Shown piece after piece: positions 1-7,036 of a DNA stretch of 51,731 nucleotides (position 1 is its first letter; the number at the start of each line of letters is the position of its first letter). The stretch lies in IMG/VR virus record IMGVR_UViG_3300045988_035990; one strand, 5' to 3'. The DNA is from a virus. The position numbers and the translations under genes are program-made. The notes under the pieces were generated by a model. It did not search any database, had not been told where the DNA came from, and saw only the letters and a list, made by a program, of their open reading frames with translations.

Positions 1-39
1 TCTTTCAGATTCCACCTCGCAGTGGACACCCTTGCTATT
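1..39. repeat. terminal direct repeat, copy 1 of 2
   Basis: Bases 1-39 (tctttcagattccacctcgcagtggacacccttgctatt) are identical 39/39 to 51693-51731. The repeat sits exactly at both window ends. Confidence 0.95.
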
Positions 40-111
40 GGCTATACAATTCCCGCTATTAGGGCTTATTAGGGACTTGCACCCATTAGAATAAGCTCAT
101 GCCGAGCATAC
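1..111 (-). ncRNA. group II intron (class C-like), 5' part of domain I, continuing at 51692 across the junction
   Basis: The minus strand from 111 reads GUAUGCUCGGCAUGAGC (a GUGYG-like 5' end), then GGGUGCAAGUCCC and GCAAGGGUGUCCACUGCGAGGUGGAAUCUGAAAGA. I recognise these as conserved domain I strings of bacterial IIC introns. It begins right after a hairpin plus U7 terminator. Confidence 0.7.
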
Positions 112-112
112 C

Positions 113-142
113 AAAAAAACGCCCGAAATTGTTAAAATTCGG
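113..142 (-). terminator. rho-independent terminator downstream of int and the att-like region
   Basis: Minus strand CCGAATT-ttaac-AA(T)TTCGG hairpin (123-142), then gcg plus T7 (119-113). Confidence 0.7.
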
Positions 143-146
143 ACGT

Positions 147-167
147 TTCGTGTACATTTTCGTGTAC
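147..167 (+). repeat. two direct copies of TTCGTGTAC (putative integrase arm-type sites)
   Basis: ttcgtgtac at 147-155 and 159-167 with 12-bp spacing. The same doublet recurs at 332-352. Confidence 0.6.
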
Positions 168-331
168 GTTTTGCGTAAGACCTTGATTTTCAAGGTTTAT
201 TGCGGAGAGAGAGGGACTAAAACCCGCAATCCTTTCTGATGTCAGAAAATGCCAAAAACCTAATACACAGGGTTTTTCATTTTTATCGTGGTGTTTTATA
301 ATACCACACAATGCCATTTTACCCCTTTTAA

Positions 332-381
332 TTCGTGTACATTTTCGTGTACGCCTTATTTCTTTACTTATTTTCGTGTAC
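332..381 (+). repeat. three direct copies of TTCGTGTAC (putative integrase arm-type sites)
   Basis: ttcgtgtac at 332-340, 344-352 and 373-381, immediately downstream of the int stop codon (390). Confidence 0.6.
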
Positions 382-389
382 ACCGGACT

Positions 390-1664
390 TTATAACTTGT
401 TGAAGCGTTCCATCGCCTTTGCTTTCAATTCGTCAACAATTGCCATATAAGGTTTCATTGCTTTCATGTCTGAATGCCCCGTCCATTTCATAATCACTTC
501 GGATGGGATGCCAAGTTGTAACGCCGTGACTACAAAAGTACGCCGACCGCAATGTGTTGTAAGCAACGCCCACTTTGGAAATACTTGTTCGTGTCGTTCG
601 TGTCCTTGAAAGTACACGATTCGTGTCGGTTCGTCAATTCCGCAAACTTGCCCCATGACTTTCAATTGTGCGTTCATCTTGACGTTGGAGATTACAGGCA
701 ACGCCAAATCGCCTTTGATGTTGTCATTCTTGTATTTGTCAAGGATGGCTTGTGCGTGGTCGTTGAGTTCGATGCGCAATCCGTCATGCGTCTTTTGTGT
801 GACCACATCAAAGAATCCATCCTTGATGTCGGTGCGTTTCAGCTTTGCAACGTCCGAATATCGTAACCCGGTGAAGCAGCAGAACAAGAACACATCGCGC
901 ACACGCGCAAGGCTTTGTTGTGTCACGGCAAATTCCCATGATTCAAGGCGTGATATTTCGTCACGGGTTAAATATATGATTTCCTTGTTCCCGTCAACGC
1001 CTTTCATTTTTGGTTTGAATGTTTCATGCAAGTTGCCTTGATAATATCCTTTTTGATGCGCCCAGCGCAAAAACCACCGGAAGAACGCAAGGTTCTTTGC
1101 AATGGTCGTGTTGCGCATATCCTTTCGCAAAAGCGCGTCAACATACCCTTGCATCTTTTGTTCGGTCAACGATGGAAACGACAACTTGGCATCATACGTT
1201 GCGATGTGATGCCGGAGGGCGGCAAACTTTTCAAACGTCCCGTCCGTCCATTGGTTTTTCTTGCCCATTTCGCGCGTGAACATATCGAACACCTTGAAGA
1301 AATTTTCATCCGGCGATGGCAATGTGTCGTTCAATTGCGTTTTGCGCCCAACCATATCATTGAACAAGTCTTTGATTTCGCCCGGTGTCGGCACGCGCTT
1401 TTCAATGAGTTCGTAACGCGCAAAGATTTCGTTGCAAACGGATGTCCATTCGTCAATGGTTCGGTTGATGTCATCGCACACCGGACACGATGGCAACGCG
1501 CGCATGGTGTCGGTGTTCCAATCGGCGGCATCAATGTTTTGCCGCAATGGAAAATCCAACGGGCGTTCGCCATGCAACGTGACGCGCATTCGGATGGCAA
1601 GATTTGTCGTTTGCCCGGCGGCGCGCTTGTGCAACAAGAACTTTATTCCTTTTTTGATGTGCAT
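390..1664 (-). CDS. int: tyrosine recombinase / phage integrase
   Basis: 424 aa. Catalytic signature FTGLRYSD...HCGRRTF...WTGHSDMKAMKPYMAI (R, HxxR, H, Y). Long N-terminal arm-binding-type domain typical of Bacteroidota integrases. Confidence 0.9.
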   Translation of the reverse strand: MHIKKGIKFLLHKRAAGQTTNLAIRMRVTLHGERPLDFPLRQNIDAADWNTDTMRALPSCPVCDDINRTIDEWTSVCNEIFARYELIEKRVPTPGEIKDLFNDMVGRKTQLNDTLPSPDENFFKVFDMFTREMGKKNQWTDGTFEKFAALRHHIATYDAKLSFPSLTEQKMQGYVDALLRKDMRNTTIAKNLAFFRWFLRWAHQKGYYQGNLHETFKPKMKGVDGNKEIIYLTRDEISRLESWEFAVTQQSLARVRDVFLFCCFTGLRYSDVAKLKRTDIKDGFFDVVTQKTHDGLRIELNDHAQAILDKYKNDNIKGDLALPVISNVKMNAQLKVMGQVCGIDEPTRIVYFQGHERHEQVFPKWALLTTHCGRRTFVVTALQLGIPSEVIMKWTGHSDMKAMKPYMAIVDELKAKAMERFNKL

Positions 1665-1954
1665 TTTGATGAATCTTTATTTGATAGCATATCACCAACA
1701 CCAAGCAGCAACCACGCCGGATTCACGCCGCAATCTTTGCAGATTGCAGAAAGCGCATCCAAATCAATAACCCGGTACGTCATCGCGTCCGTTCCCAATG
1801 TGTTGCGCAACAACGAATATTTGGTGCGGTTGAAATTATGGTCGCGACAAAAGCCTTTCAACCCGGAAATCTTGCCGGATTGAATCGCCAATTCAAGGGC
1901 TTGGAAAAAGCGCGCTTGGATTGCGTTTGCTTGTGGGTTGATGTATTTTTTCAT
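1643..1954 (-). CDS. HTH DNA-binding protein (CI-repressor-type HTH; regulator or excision cofactor)
   Basis: 103 aa, overlaps the int start. The segment GLKGFCRDHNFNRTKYSLLRN...ICKDCGVNPAWLLLG looks like an HTH. Confidence 0.5.
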   Translation of the reverse strand: MKKYINPQANAIQARFFQALELAIQSGKISGLKGFCRDHNFNRTKYSLLRNTLGTDAMTYRVIDLDALSAICKDCGVNPAWLLLGVGDMLSNKDSSKCTSKKE

Positions 1955-2391
1955 TTGCTTGTTCGCTTGACTTTTATTGTTTGATTCTGATTCGCGGTTT
2001 TCCCTATTATATATAAGGTGGCGTTTTCGTTTACGGAAAAGTCAAATTTGATGGTCAAATTCCATCCGCGCGGTTCTTTGATTTCCGCCGTGCGTGTTTC
2101 GGGATGGTAAGTCCATTTTCCTTGCGTCAATATTTCCTTTTTCCCATCCTTGATTTGATATTTCGTGAACGCGTCCGGGCGTGCAAATTCATAAACGCAA
2201 CCCGTGCCGGATATATCCACAAAGTAACCATCGGAACATTTATAAGCATATTCCGTCCATGTGCCGGATATGTCCGACAATACAACTTGCGGTTCGTCAT
2301 CGCCATCATCGTTCAAGGATGACGAACAAGAACAAGCCATGTTCACCAGCATCAAGGCGAACACCAACCATGTATATTTCACCTTTTGCAT
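1951..2391 (-). CDS. lipoprotein (moron in the lysogeny module)
   Basis: 146 aa. Signal peptide with lipobox LVNMAC, followed by an acidic stretch SSLNDDGDDE. Confidence 0.65.
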   Translation of the reverse strand: MQKVKYTWLVFALMLVNMACSCSSSLNDDGDDEPQVVLSDISGTWTEYAYKCSDGYFVDISGTGCVYEFARPDAFTKYQIKDGKKEILTQGKWTYHPETRTAEIKEPRGWNLTIKFDFSVNENATLYIIGKTANQNQTIKVKRTSK

Positions 2392-2570
2392 AACGCCATT
2401 TTCTTTTTGTAGTTATCAACCATTTGCGTGAACAATACTTTGTCCACGTCCGTTTCCGTTTCGCCTTTCAGCGAAGCCAATTCCAACGCATCAAAGATTT
2501 CATTCGGCATAACCGAATAATAAGACGGGTTGCCGTAATAATCGGCGACCTTGATTTTTATTGCATCCAT
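2379..2570 (-). CDS. hypothetical protein
   Basis: 63 aa ORF packed between the lipoprotein and repressor genes on the same strand. Confidence 0.45.
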   Translation of the reverse strand: MDAIKIKVADYYGNPSYYSVMPNEIFDALELASLKGETETDVDKVLFTQMVDNYKKKMALCKR

Positions 2571-2571
2571 A

Positions 2572-2955
2572 TCATTGTTGTTTTGTTAGATTGTCAATTA
2601 TAGCCAACAGGCGGTCAATGTGCGCTTGCGCGTTCTGCAAAGATGTTTCCTTTGCCGCAAGCAATTCAACCAGCTTGGAGAGTTCAGCAGTAACCCCGGC
2701 GTTTCCGCCTTGGATGTTGTTGTTGCCCATCACGTTCGTTTGTTCAACGTTGCCGCCGAAATACGTTTGCGGTTTCAGACCACGCAATAATGCGTGCTTG
2801 CTTTCGGGAATTGTCGTGCCGGATTCCCAATTTTGAACCGTCCTTTCACTTACACCAAGCCTTTTTGCAAGTTCGGCTTGCGTAACGCCCAAATGTGCGC
2901 GAATTTCCTTAATATCTAAATCGTTCATAATCAATGACTTATTCAAATGAAACAC
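2572..2955 (-). CDS. XRE-family HTH repressor (CI-like)
   Basis: HTH LGVTQAELAKRLGVSERTVQNWESG. Divergent from the early operon. An alternative start is MNDLDIK. Confidence 0.8.
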   Translation of the reverse strand: MFHLNKSLIMNDLDIKEIRAHLGVTQAELAKRLGVSERTVQNWESGTTIPESKHALLRGLKPQTYFGGNVEQTNVMGNNNIQGGNAGVTAELSKLVELLAAKETSLQNAQAHIDRLLAIIDNLTKQQ

Positions 2956-3000
2956 TTTTTAACACGCATAAAGCGAAAATTTACACGGAATATTGCGTGA

Positions 3001-3012
3001 TTTCGCGAAACA
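3001..3012. promoter_or_regulatory. operator-like palindrome TTTCGCGAAA(CA), copy 1
   Basis: Perfect 10-bp palindrome tttcgcgaaa. The 12-mer tttcgcgaaaca is repeated at 3097-3108. Confidence 0.5.
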
Positions 3013-3017
3013 TTGCG

Positions 3018-3025
3018 TATCTTTG
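3018..3025 (+). promoter_or_regulatory. Bacteroides-type -7 box TATCTTTG (rightward early promoter)
   Basis: Matches TAnnTTTG. Lies between the two operator copies, facing gene 3154. Confidence 0.5.
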
Positions 3026-3047
3026 CAAACGTAAACGGAAAACATTG

Positions 3048-3055
3048 CAAAGGTA
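3048..3055 (-). promoter_or_regulatory. Bacteroides-type -7 box TACCTTTG (leftward repressor promoter)
   Basis: Plus-strand caaaggta is TAccTTTG on the minus strand, upstream of the repressor gene. Confidence 0.4.
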
Positions 3056-3096
3056 AAGCAAAAATGAACGCAAAACAATAGCAAATTTACGTCATT

Positions 3097-3108
3097 TTTC
3101 GCGAAACA
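3097..3108. promoter_or_regulatory. operator-like palindrome TTTCGCGAAA(CA), copy 2
   Basis: Identical 12-mer to 3001-3012. Confidence 0.5.
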
Positions 3109-3142
3109 CCAGCAATAACCCCGAAATATTAACAAAATAAAA

Positions 3143-3156
3143 CTTTCGCAACAATG
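3143..3156 (+). promoter_or_regulatory. CTTTCGCAACAATG start-codon motif, copy 1
   Basis: ctttcgcaacaATG, with the ATG being the start of ORF 3154. 3135-3155 is identical over 21 nt to the minus-strand copy at 29369-29349. Confidence 0.6.
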
Positions 3157-3492
3157 ATGAATTTCAACATTACAATCGTAAAGAACGATGATTTCAAGAC
3201 CGTGGGATTCCACGTTTATGCAGAAAAGAAACAAATCTTTTCTTGGGGACTTGCAAGTGATATGTATTACAACAAGAAAATCGCCGTAAATCCCGAACAC
3301 CTTGACAAGGTGATGGAACTTGTAAATATCAAAACCAAGATTGCGGGTCTTGAAGAATCAAAGCATGATTGGTTTGACATCGCAAAAGAAAATGGCGTTG
3401 CCCTAAATCGCGGTTACAAGTTCACCAAGATTGAGGAAAAGACAAACAACTTGAACAAGCGTTTGTTGAACATCATCAATTCATTCAAGTAA
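3154..3492 (+). CDS. hypothetical early protein
   Basis: 112 aa, the first gene of the rightward operon. Confidence 0.6.
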   Translation: MMNFNITIVKNDDFKTVGFHVYAEKKQIFSWGLASDMYYNKKIAVNPEHLDKVMELVNIKTKIAGLEESKHDWFDIAKENGVALNRGYKFTKIEEKTNNLNKRLLNIINSFK

Positions 3493-3500
3493 TAACAACC

Positions 3501-3519
3501 GGGGTGGCACGCCCACCCC
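3501..3519 (+). terminator. GC-rich intergenic hairpin without a U tract
   Basis: ggggtgg-cacgc-ccacccc, 9 nt after the stop codon. Confidence 0.4.
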
Positions 3520-3527
3520 ATTAAATA

Positions 3528-3541
3528 CTTTCGCAACAATG
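3528..3541 (+). promoter_or_regulatory. CTTTCGCAACAATG start-codon motif, copy 2
   Basis: ctttcgcaacaATG, with the ATG being the start of ORF 3539. Confidence 0.6.
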
Positions 3542-3937
3542 ACAATCCAAGAATTTCAATCAAGAACACAAGTTTCGGTGGATGTTTCCGAATTTTTATC
3601 CATCACCACGGTGTATATGCAATCCGATGTTGACAAGGACACGTTTTGCAAGATGTGGCGCAAGATGAACGCAACACGCGTGATGGCTGCAAAGGAGCAA
3701 GCCAAGAAGCAACAAACCATTGACAAGGTGTTTTCAATGGTGATGATGGCAAATCCGGAATGGACGGACGTTGAACATTATAATGACATCGCCGTTGCCG
3801 TTCTATCCGGCAAGGACAAAGCCTTGATTGAATCAATCGGCATTTCGCTTGTAAGCGAACCGGACAACAACGGATTCCGTCATTTCAAAAGATTTAGTGA
3901 ATTGCGTCCGGAAATCAACGCATTCTTGAAAGCATAA
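3539..3937 (+). CDS. hypothetical early protein
   Basis: 132 aa ORF. Confidence 0.6.
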   Translation: MTIQEFQSRTQVSVDVSEFLSITTVYMQSDVDKDTFCKMWRKMNATRVMAAKEQAKKQQTIDKVFSMVMMANPEWTDVEHYNDIAVAVLSGKDKALIESIGISLVSEPDNNGFRHFKRFSELRPEINAFLKA

Positions 3938-3944
3938 TAATCAC

Positions 3945-3962
3945 GGGCGGTTCACGCCGCCC
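3945..3962 (+). terminator. GC-rich intergenic hairpin without a U tract
   Basis: gggcgg-ttcacg-ccgccc just after the stop codon. Confidence 0.4.
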
Positions 3963-3977
3963 ATAAATCACATATAT

Positions 3978-4196
3978 ATGAGTAAAGAACAATTTTCATT
4001 CAACAAAGGATGGTTGCAGTTACGCCAAGGCGATATTGCAGCGTGCCGCAAAGAATTGATGGTCGTGTTCAACGTGACAACACGCGCCGCGTTCTTGCAG
4101 CGATTGAAAGGCAACGTCATCCCGAACGTGCTTGAAGCGCATAACGTGGAAAAGGTGTTTGCCAAGTACGGCATCAAAGACGTGTGGGGGGCTTGA
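3978..4196 (+). CDS. hypothetical protein
   Basis: 72 aa ORF. Confidence 0.5.
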   Translation: MSKEQFSFNKGWLQLRQGDIAACRKELMVVFNVTTRAAFLQRLKGNVIPNVLEAHNVEKVFAKYGIKDVWGA

Positions 4197-4198
4197 TT

Positions 4199-4585
4199 AT
4201 GGATGCCGTAAAACTTACCAAACGCGAATCCGAAATTGCGGAATTGTTCGCATGGGGCGCAAGCAAAAAGGAAATTGCAAATCGCCTGTTTATTTCGGAA
4301 CGAACCGTTGAGAATCACGCCCGGCGAATCTTTGAGAAAACCGGATGTTCTAAGGTCAACGAGTTATCCGCGTGGTGGTTTTGCACAACATTCCACATAT
4401 CATTCAGCTTGTCGCCCATCAAACGCAAGTTCATCGCGCTTTGTTTCCTTGCGATGCTTTTGCCAACGATATTCAACAACGACAATGTGGTTGTAAGAGT
4501 GCGAACCGCACGATGCAGAGCAACCCGCGTTCAGCGTTCACGCCGTGACAATGACAATGGAACGGCAGATTTTCAAATCTTATAA
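4199..4585 (+). CDS. LuxR/GerE-type HTH regulator with a hydrophobic C-terminal segment
   Basis: LTKRESEIAELFAWGASKKEIANRLFISERTVENHARRIF, followed by FIALCFLAMLLPTIF. The ORF track starts at 4184; the ATG at 4199 avoids overlap with the previous gene. Confidence 0.7.
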   Translation: MDAVKLTKRESEIAELFAWGASKKEIANRLFISERTVENHARRIFEKTGCSKVNELSAWWFCTTFHISFSLSPIKRKFIALCFLAMLLPTIFNNDNVVVRVRTARCRATRVQRSRRDNDNGTADFQIL

Positions 4586-4596
4586 ATACGCATAAT

Positions 4597-4785
4597 ATGG
4601 AAAAGTTTAATTCAGCAATACAATTGGTGTTCGCCGCGTTCATCGTCCTGTTTGGATTTGGCACAATGATTCGTTGCATCATCGCCGGAAGTGATTTCTT
4701 CTATATCATCATGTTTGCGTTGATGGGAATCATCGGGCGCGCAATGTTCCGGGTTTTGCTTAAAGAATACAAGGAAGCGAAATGA
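4597..4785 (+). CDS. small membrane protein
   Basis: 62 aa with two hydrophobic helices. Confidence 0.5.
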   Translation: MEKFNSAIQLVFAAFIVLFGFGTMIRCIIAGSDFFYIIMFALMGIIGRAMFRVLLKEYKEAK

Positions 4786-5060
4786 TGGAGATTACAAGCG
4801 ACACACGAATCATTGATTTAACCGTTGGGCAACTGATGGATTTGTTCGCTAAGGCGCAAGCACCAGCGACACAAGCGCAACCGAAAGAAGAAAAACGCCT
4901 TGTGTATGGTATCGCCGGAATCGCACAAATATTCAATTGCAGCATGACAACGGCAAACCGAATCAAGGCATCCGGGCGAATAGATGACGCGATAACCCAG
5001 CACGGGCGCATCATCGTTGTGGATGCCAACAAAGCGTTACAATTATTCAACAATAAATAA
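4782..5060 (+). CDS. excisionase-like / HTH_17-type DNA-binding protein
   Basis: GIAGIAQIFNCSMTTANRIKASGRIDDAI resembles the MerR/excisionase-type HTH common in Bacteroides mobile elements. Confidence 0.45.
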   Translation: MMEITSDTRIIDLTVGQLMDLFAKAQAPATQAQPKEEKRLVYGIAGIAQIFNCSMTTANRIKASGRIDDAITQHGRIIVVDANKALQLFNNK

Positions 5061-5061
5061 T

Positions 5062-5073
5062 ATCGCAACAATG
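5062..5073 (+). promoter_or_regulatory. (A)TCGCAACAATG start-codon motif, copy 3 (partial)
   Basis: atcgcaacaATG, with the ATG at 5071 giving the conserved N-terminus MKQVTLKSITLCNFKG. Confidence 0.5.
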
Positions 5074-7029
5074 AAACAAGTAACATTAAAATCCATCACC
5101 CTTTGCAATTTCAAGGGTGAACAGGAACGGACAACGACATTCAATCCGGATGTCACGACCATTTCCGGCGGAAACGGACTTGGCAAGTCAAGACATTTTG
5201 ACGCGTTCATTTGGCTTTTGTTCGGCAAGGACGCGCACGACCGCAAGGATTATGAAATCAAGACCCGTGTCAACGGCGAAGAATTGCACAAGTGCGAATG
5301 TAGCGTGACGGGTGTCATCATCGTGGATGGTGAAGAAATCACCTTGAAGCGCGCTTTCGTTGAAGATTGGGTAAAACCACGCGGACAGGTTGAACAGGTG
5401 TACAAGGGCAACCACACGGAATGTTGGTGGAACGAAACCCCGGTCAATGTCGGCGAGTATGACAAGCGCATTCAAGCCATCGTTGATTCATCCGTTTTCA
5501 AGATGATAACCAATCCGGCGTTCTTTGTCGGCATGAAGTGGCAATTGCAGCGTGAACAATTATTCCAGCTTGCCGGAAGTGTGACCGATGAAGAAATTGC
5601 CGCGGACAACCCCGATTTTGTCAAGTTGTTGGATGCCATATCCGGCAAGTCGCTTGCCGACTACAAAAGGGAAATGGCAGCGCGCAAGAAACGCTTGAAC
5701 GAGGAATTGAAGCAGATTCAACCGCGCATTGACCAAACGCACAAGATGATGCCCGAACCGGAAGATTTCGCCGCCCTTGAATCCCAGCTTGCCGACATTG
5801 ACAAGGAAATCGCCGACACCGACAACGCGATTGCAGATGTGAACAAGGCGATTCGCAAGCAATATGAAGCGGAACAAGCCAAGCAAGCCCGCGTGAACGA
5901 GTTGACCACACAGGCGCAACAAGTAGTGTTTGACGCAAAGACAAAGGCACAGGATGCCGCGTTTGAAGCCAACGCACAACGCCGCGAGATTGCCAACGAA
6001 ATCAAGACGTTGCAATCACAACTTGACACGAACAAGCGCAATTGCGCCACAATACAAGTTGACATCGCCCGCATTCATCGTGACATTGACAAGTGCAAGG
6101 GAGAACAAGACACGTTGCGCGAATCATGGCACAAGGAGAACGCCAAGGAGTATTCCGGCGAAACAACTTGCCCACATTGCGGACAAGCATTGCCGGATGA
6201 TATGATTGCGAAAGCAAAGGACGTTTTCGACAAAGCCAAGATTGGCAACTTGACCGACATCACGAACAAGGGAAAGCACCTTGGCGAAAAGATTGCGCAA
6301 CTTGAAGCGGATGCAGCCGAAAAGCAAAAGTCCGTTGACGCGTATCGCGAGGAAAACAACGGATTGGATGAACGTATAAAATCCGCACAAGCAACGCTTG
6401 AAACCTTGCCGGAAAAGGAGACCGCCGAAGTTGTCCCCGATAATATCCCGGAATGGGTGGAACTGCAAAAGCAGATTGCCGACATCAAGGCGACCATCAC
6501 AACCGACAACACGGGCGTTGACACAAGCGCGTTGCAAGCATCCAAGAAAGAATGGATGACCAAGCGCAACGATGTTTCAACCCGTCTTGCCAAGCGTGGC
6601 GCAATCGAAAGATGCAACAACGAGATTGCCGACCTTGAAGCGCATGGAAAGGAAGTCGCCCAGCAAATCGCCGACATCGAACGCGAAGAATACACGGTTG
6701 AACAATTCAACAAGACAAAGGTTTTGGAATGCGAAAAGCGCATCAACGCCAAGTTCCATTTCGTGACTTTCCGGTTGTTCGATTACACCTTGGATGGCAA
6801 TCCGGTTGAAACGTGCATCCCATTATGCAATGGCGTTCCGTATGGCAGCGCGAACACCGCAAGCCAAGTGAATGCCGGACTTGACATCATCAACGCCTTG
6901 TGCGCGTTCTATGGTGTATGTGCGCCGATATTCATTGACAACCGCGAATCGGTGAACGAAATCATCCCGGTTCAATCACAAGTTATAAACCTTGTCGTGA
7001 CAAACGACAATAAATTAACAATAAAATAA
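5071..7029 (+). CDS. SMC/Rad50/SbcC-like AAA ATPase (recombination)
   Basis: Walker A GGNGLGKS, a long coiled coil with a CPHCGQ zinc-hook-like motif, and a C-terminal IFIDNRE. The ORF track starts at 5017 (GTG). Confidence 0.75.
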   Translation: MKQVTLKSITLCNFKGEQERTTTFNPDVTTISGGNGLGKSRHFDAFIWLLFGKDAHDRKDYEIKTRVNGEELHKCECSVTGVIIVDGEEITLKRAFVEDWVKPRGQVEQVYKGNHTECWWNETPVNVGEYDKRIQAIVDSSVFKMITNPAFFVGMKWQLQREQLFQLAGSVTDEEIAADNPDFVKLLDAISGKSLADYKREMAARKKRLNEELKQIQPRIDQTHKMMPEPEDFAALESQLADIDKEIADTDNAIADVNKAIRKQYEAEQAKQARVNELTTQAQQVVFDAKTKAQDAAFEANAQRREIANEIKTLQSQLDTNKRNCATIQVDIARIHRDIDKCKGEQDTLRESWHKENAKEYSGETTCPHCGQALPDDMIAKAKDVFDKAKIGNLTDITNKGKHLGEKIAQLEADAAEKQKSVDAYREENNGLDERIKSAQATLETLPEKETAEVVPDNIPEWVELQKQIADIKATITTDNTGVDTSALQASKKEWMTKRNDVSTRLAKRGAIERCNNEIADLEAHGKEVAQQIADIEREEYTVEQFNKTKVLECEKRINAKFHFVTFRLFDYTLDGNPVETCIPLCNGVPYGSANTASQVNAGLDIINALCAFYGVCAPIFIDNRESVNEIIPVQSQVINLVVTNDNKLTIK

Positions 7030-7036
7030 TAACATT

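Noticed and set aside
1-39. Terminal repeats interpreted as attL/attR of an integrated prophage
   Set aside because: The repeat lies inside a conserved intron RNA that is contiguous only when the ends are joined. The int-proximal arm-type repeats define a separate att-like region at 147-381. Circular or terminally redundant topology is more parsimonious, but read evidence is still needed.
195-260. Possible tRNA or tRNA 3' fragment as integration core (ggattgcgggttttagtccctctctctccgca on the minus strand)
   Set aside because: There is no proper T-arm (GGG-TTTTAGT-CCC only), the nearby hairpin has a 4-nt loop rather than a 7-nt anticodon loop, and no acceptor pairing can be drawn.
132-383. 83-aa ORF on the minus strand downstream of int
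   Set aside because: It runs through the TTCGTGTAC repeat clusters (giving VHENVHE and TRKCTR repeats) and several hairpins. A non-coding att or regulatory region explains it better.
1026-1883. 285-aa plus-strand ORF
   Set aside because: It is antisense to the integrase, which has a complete catalytic signature.
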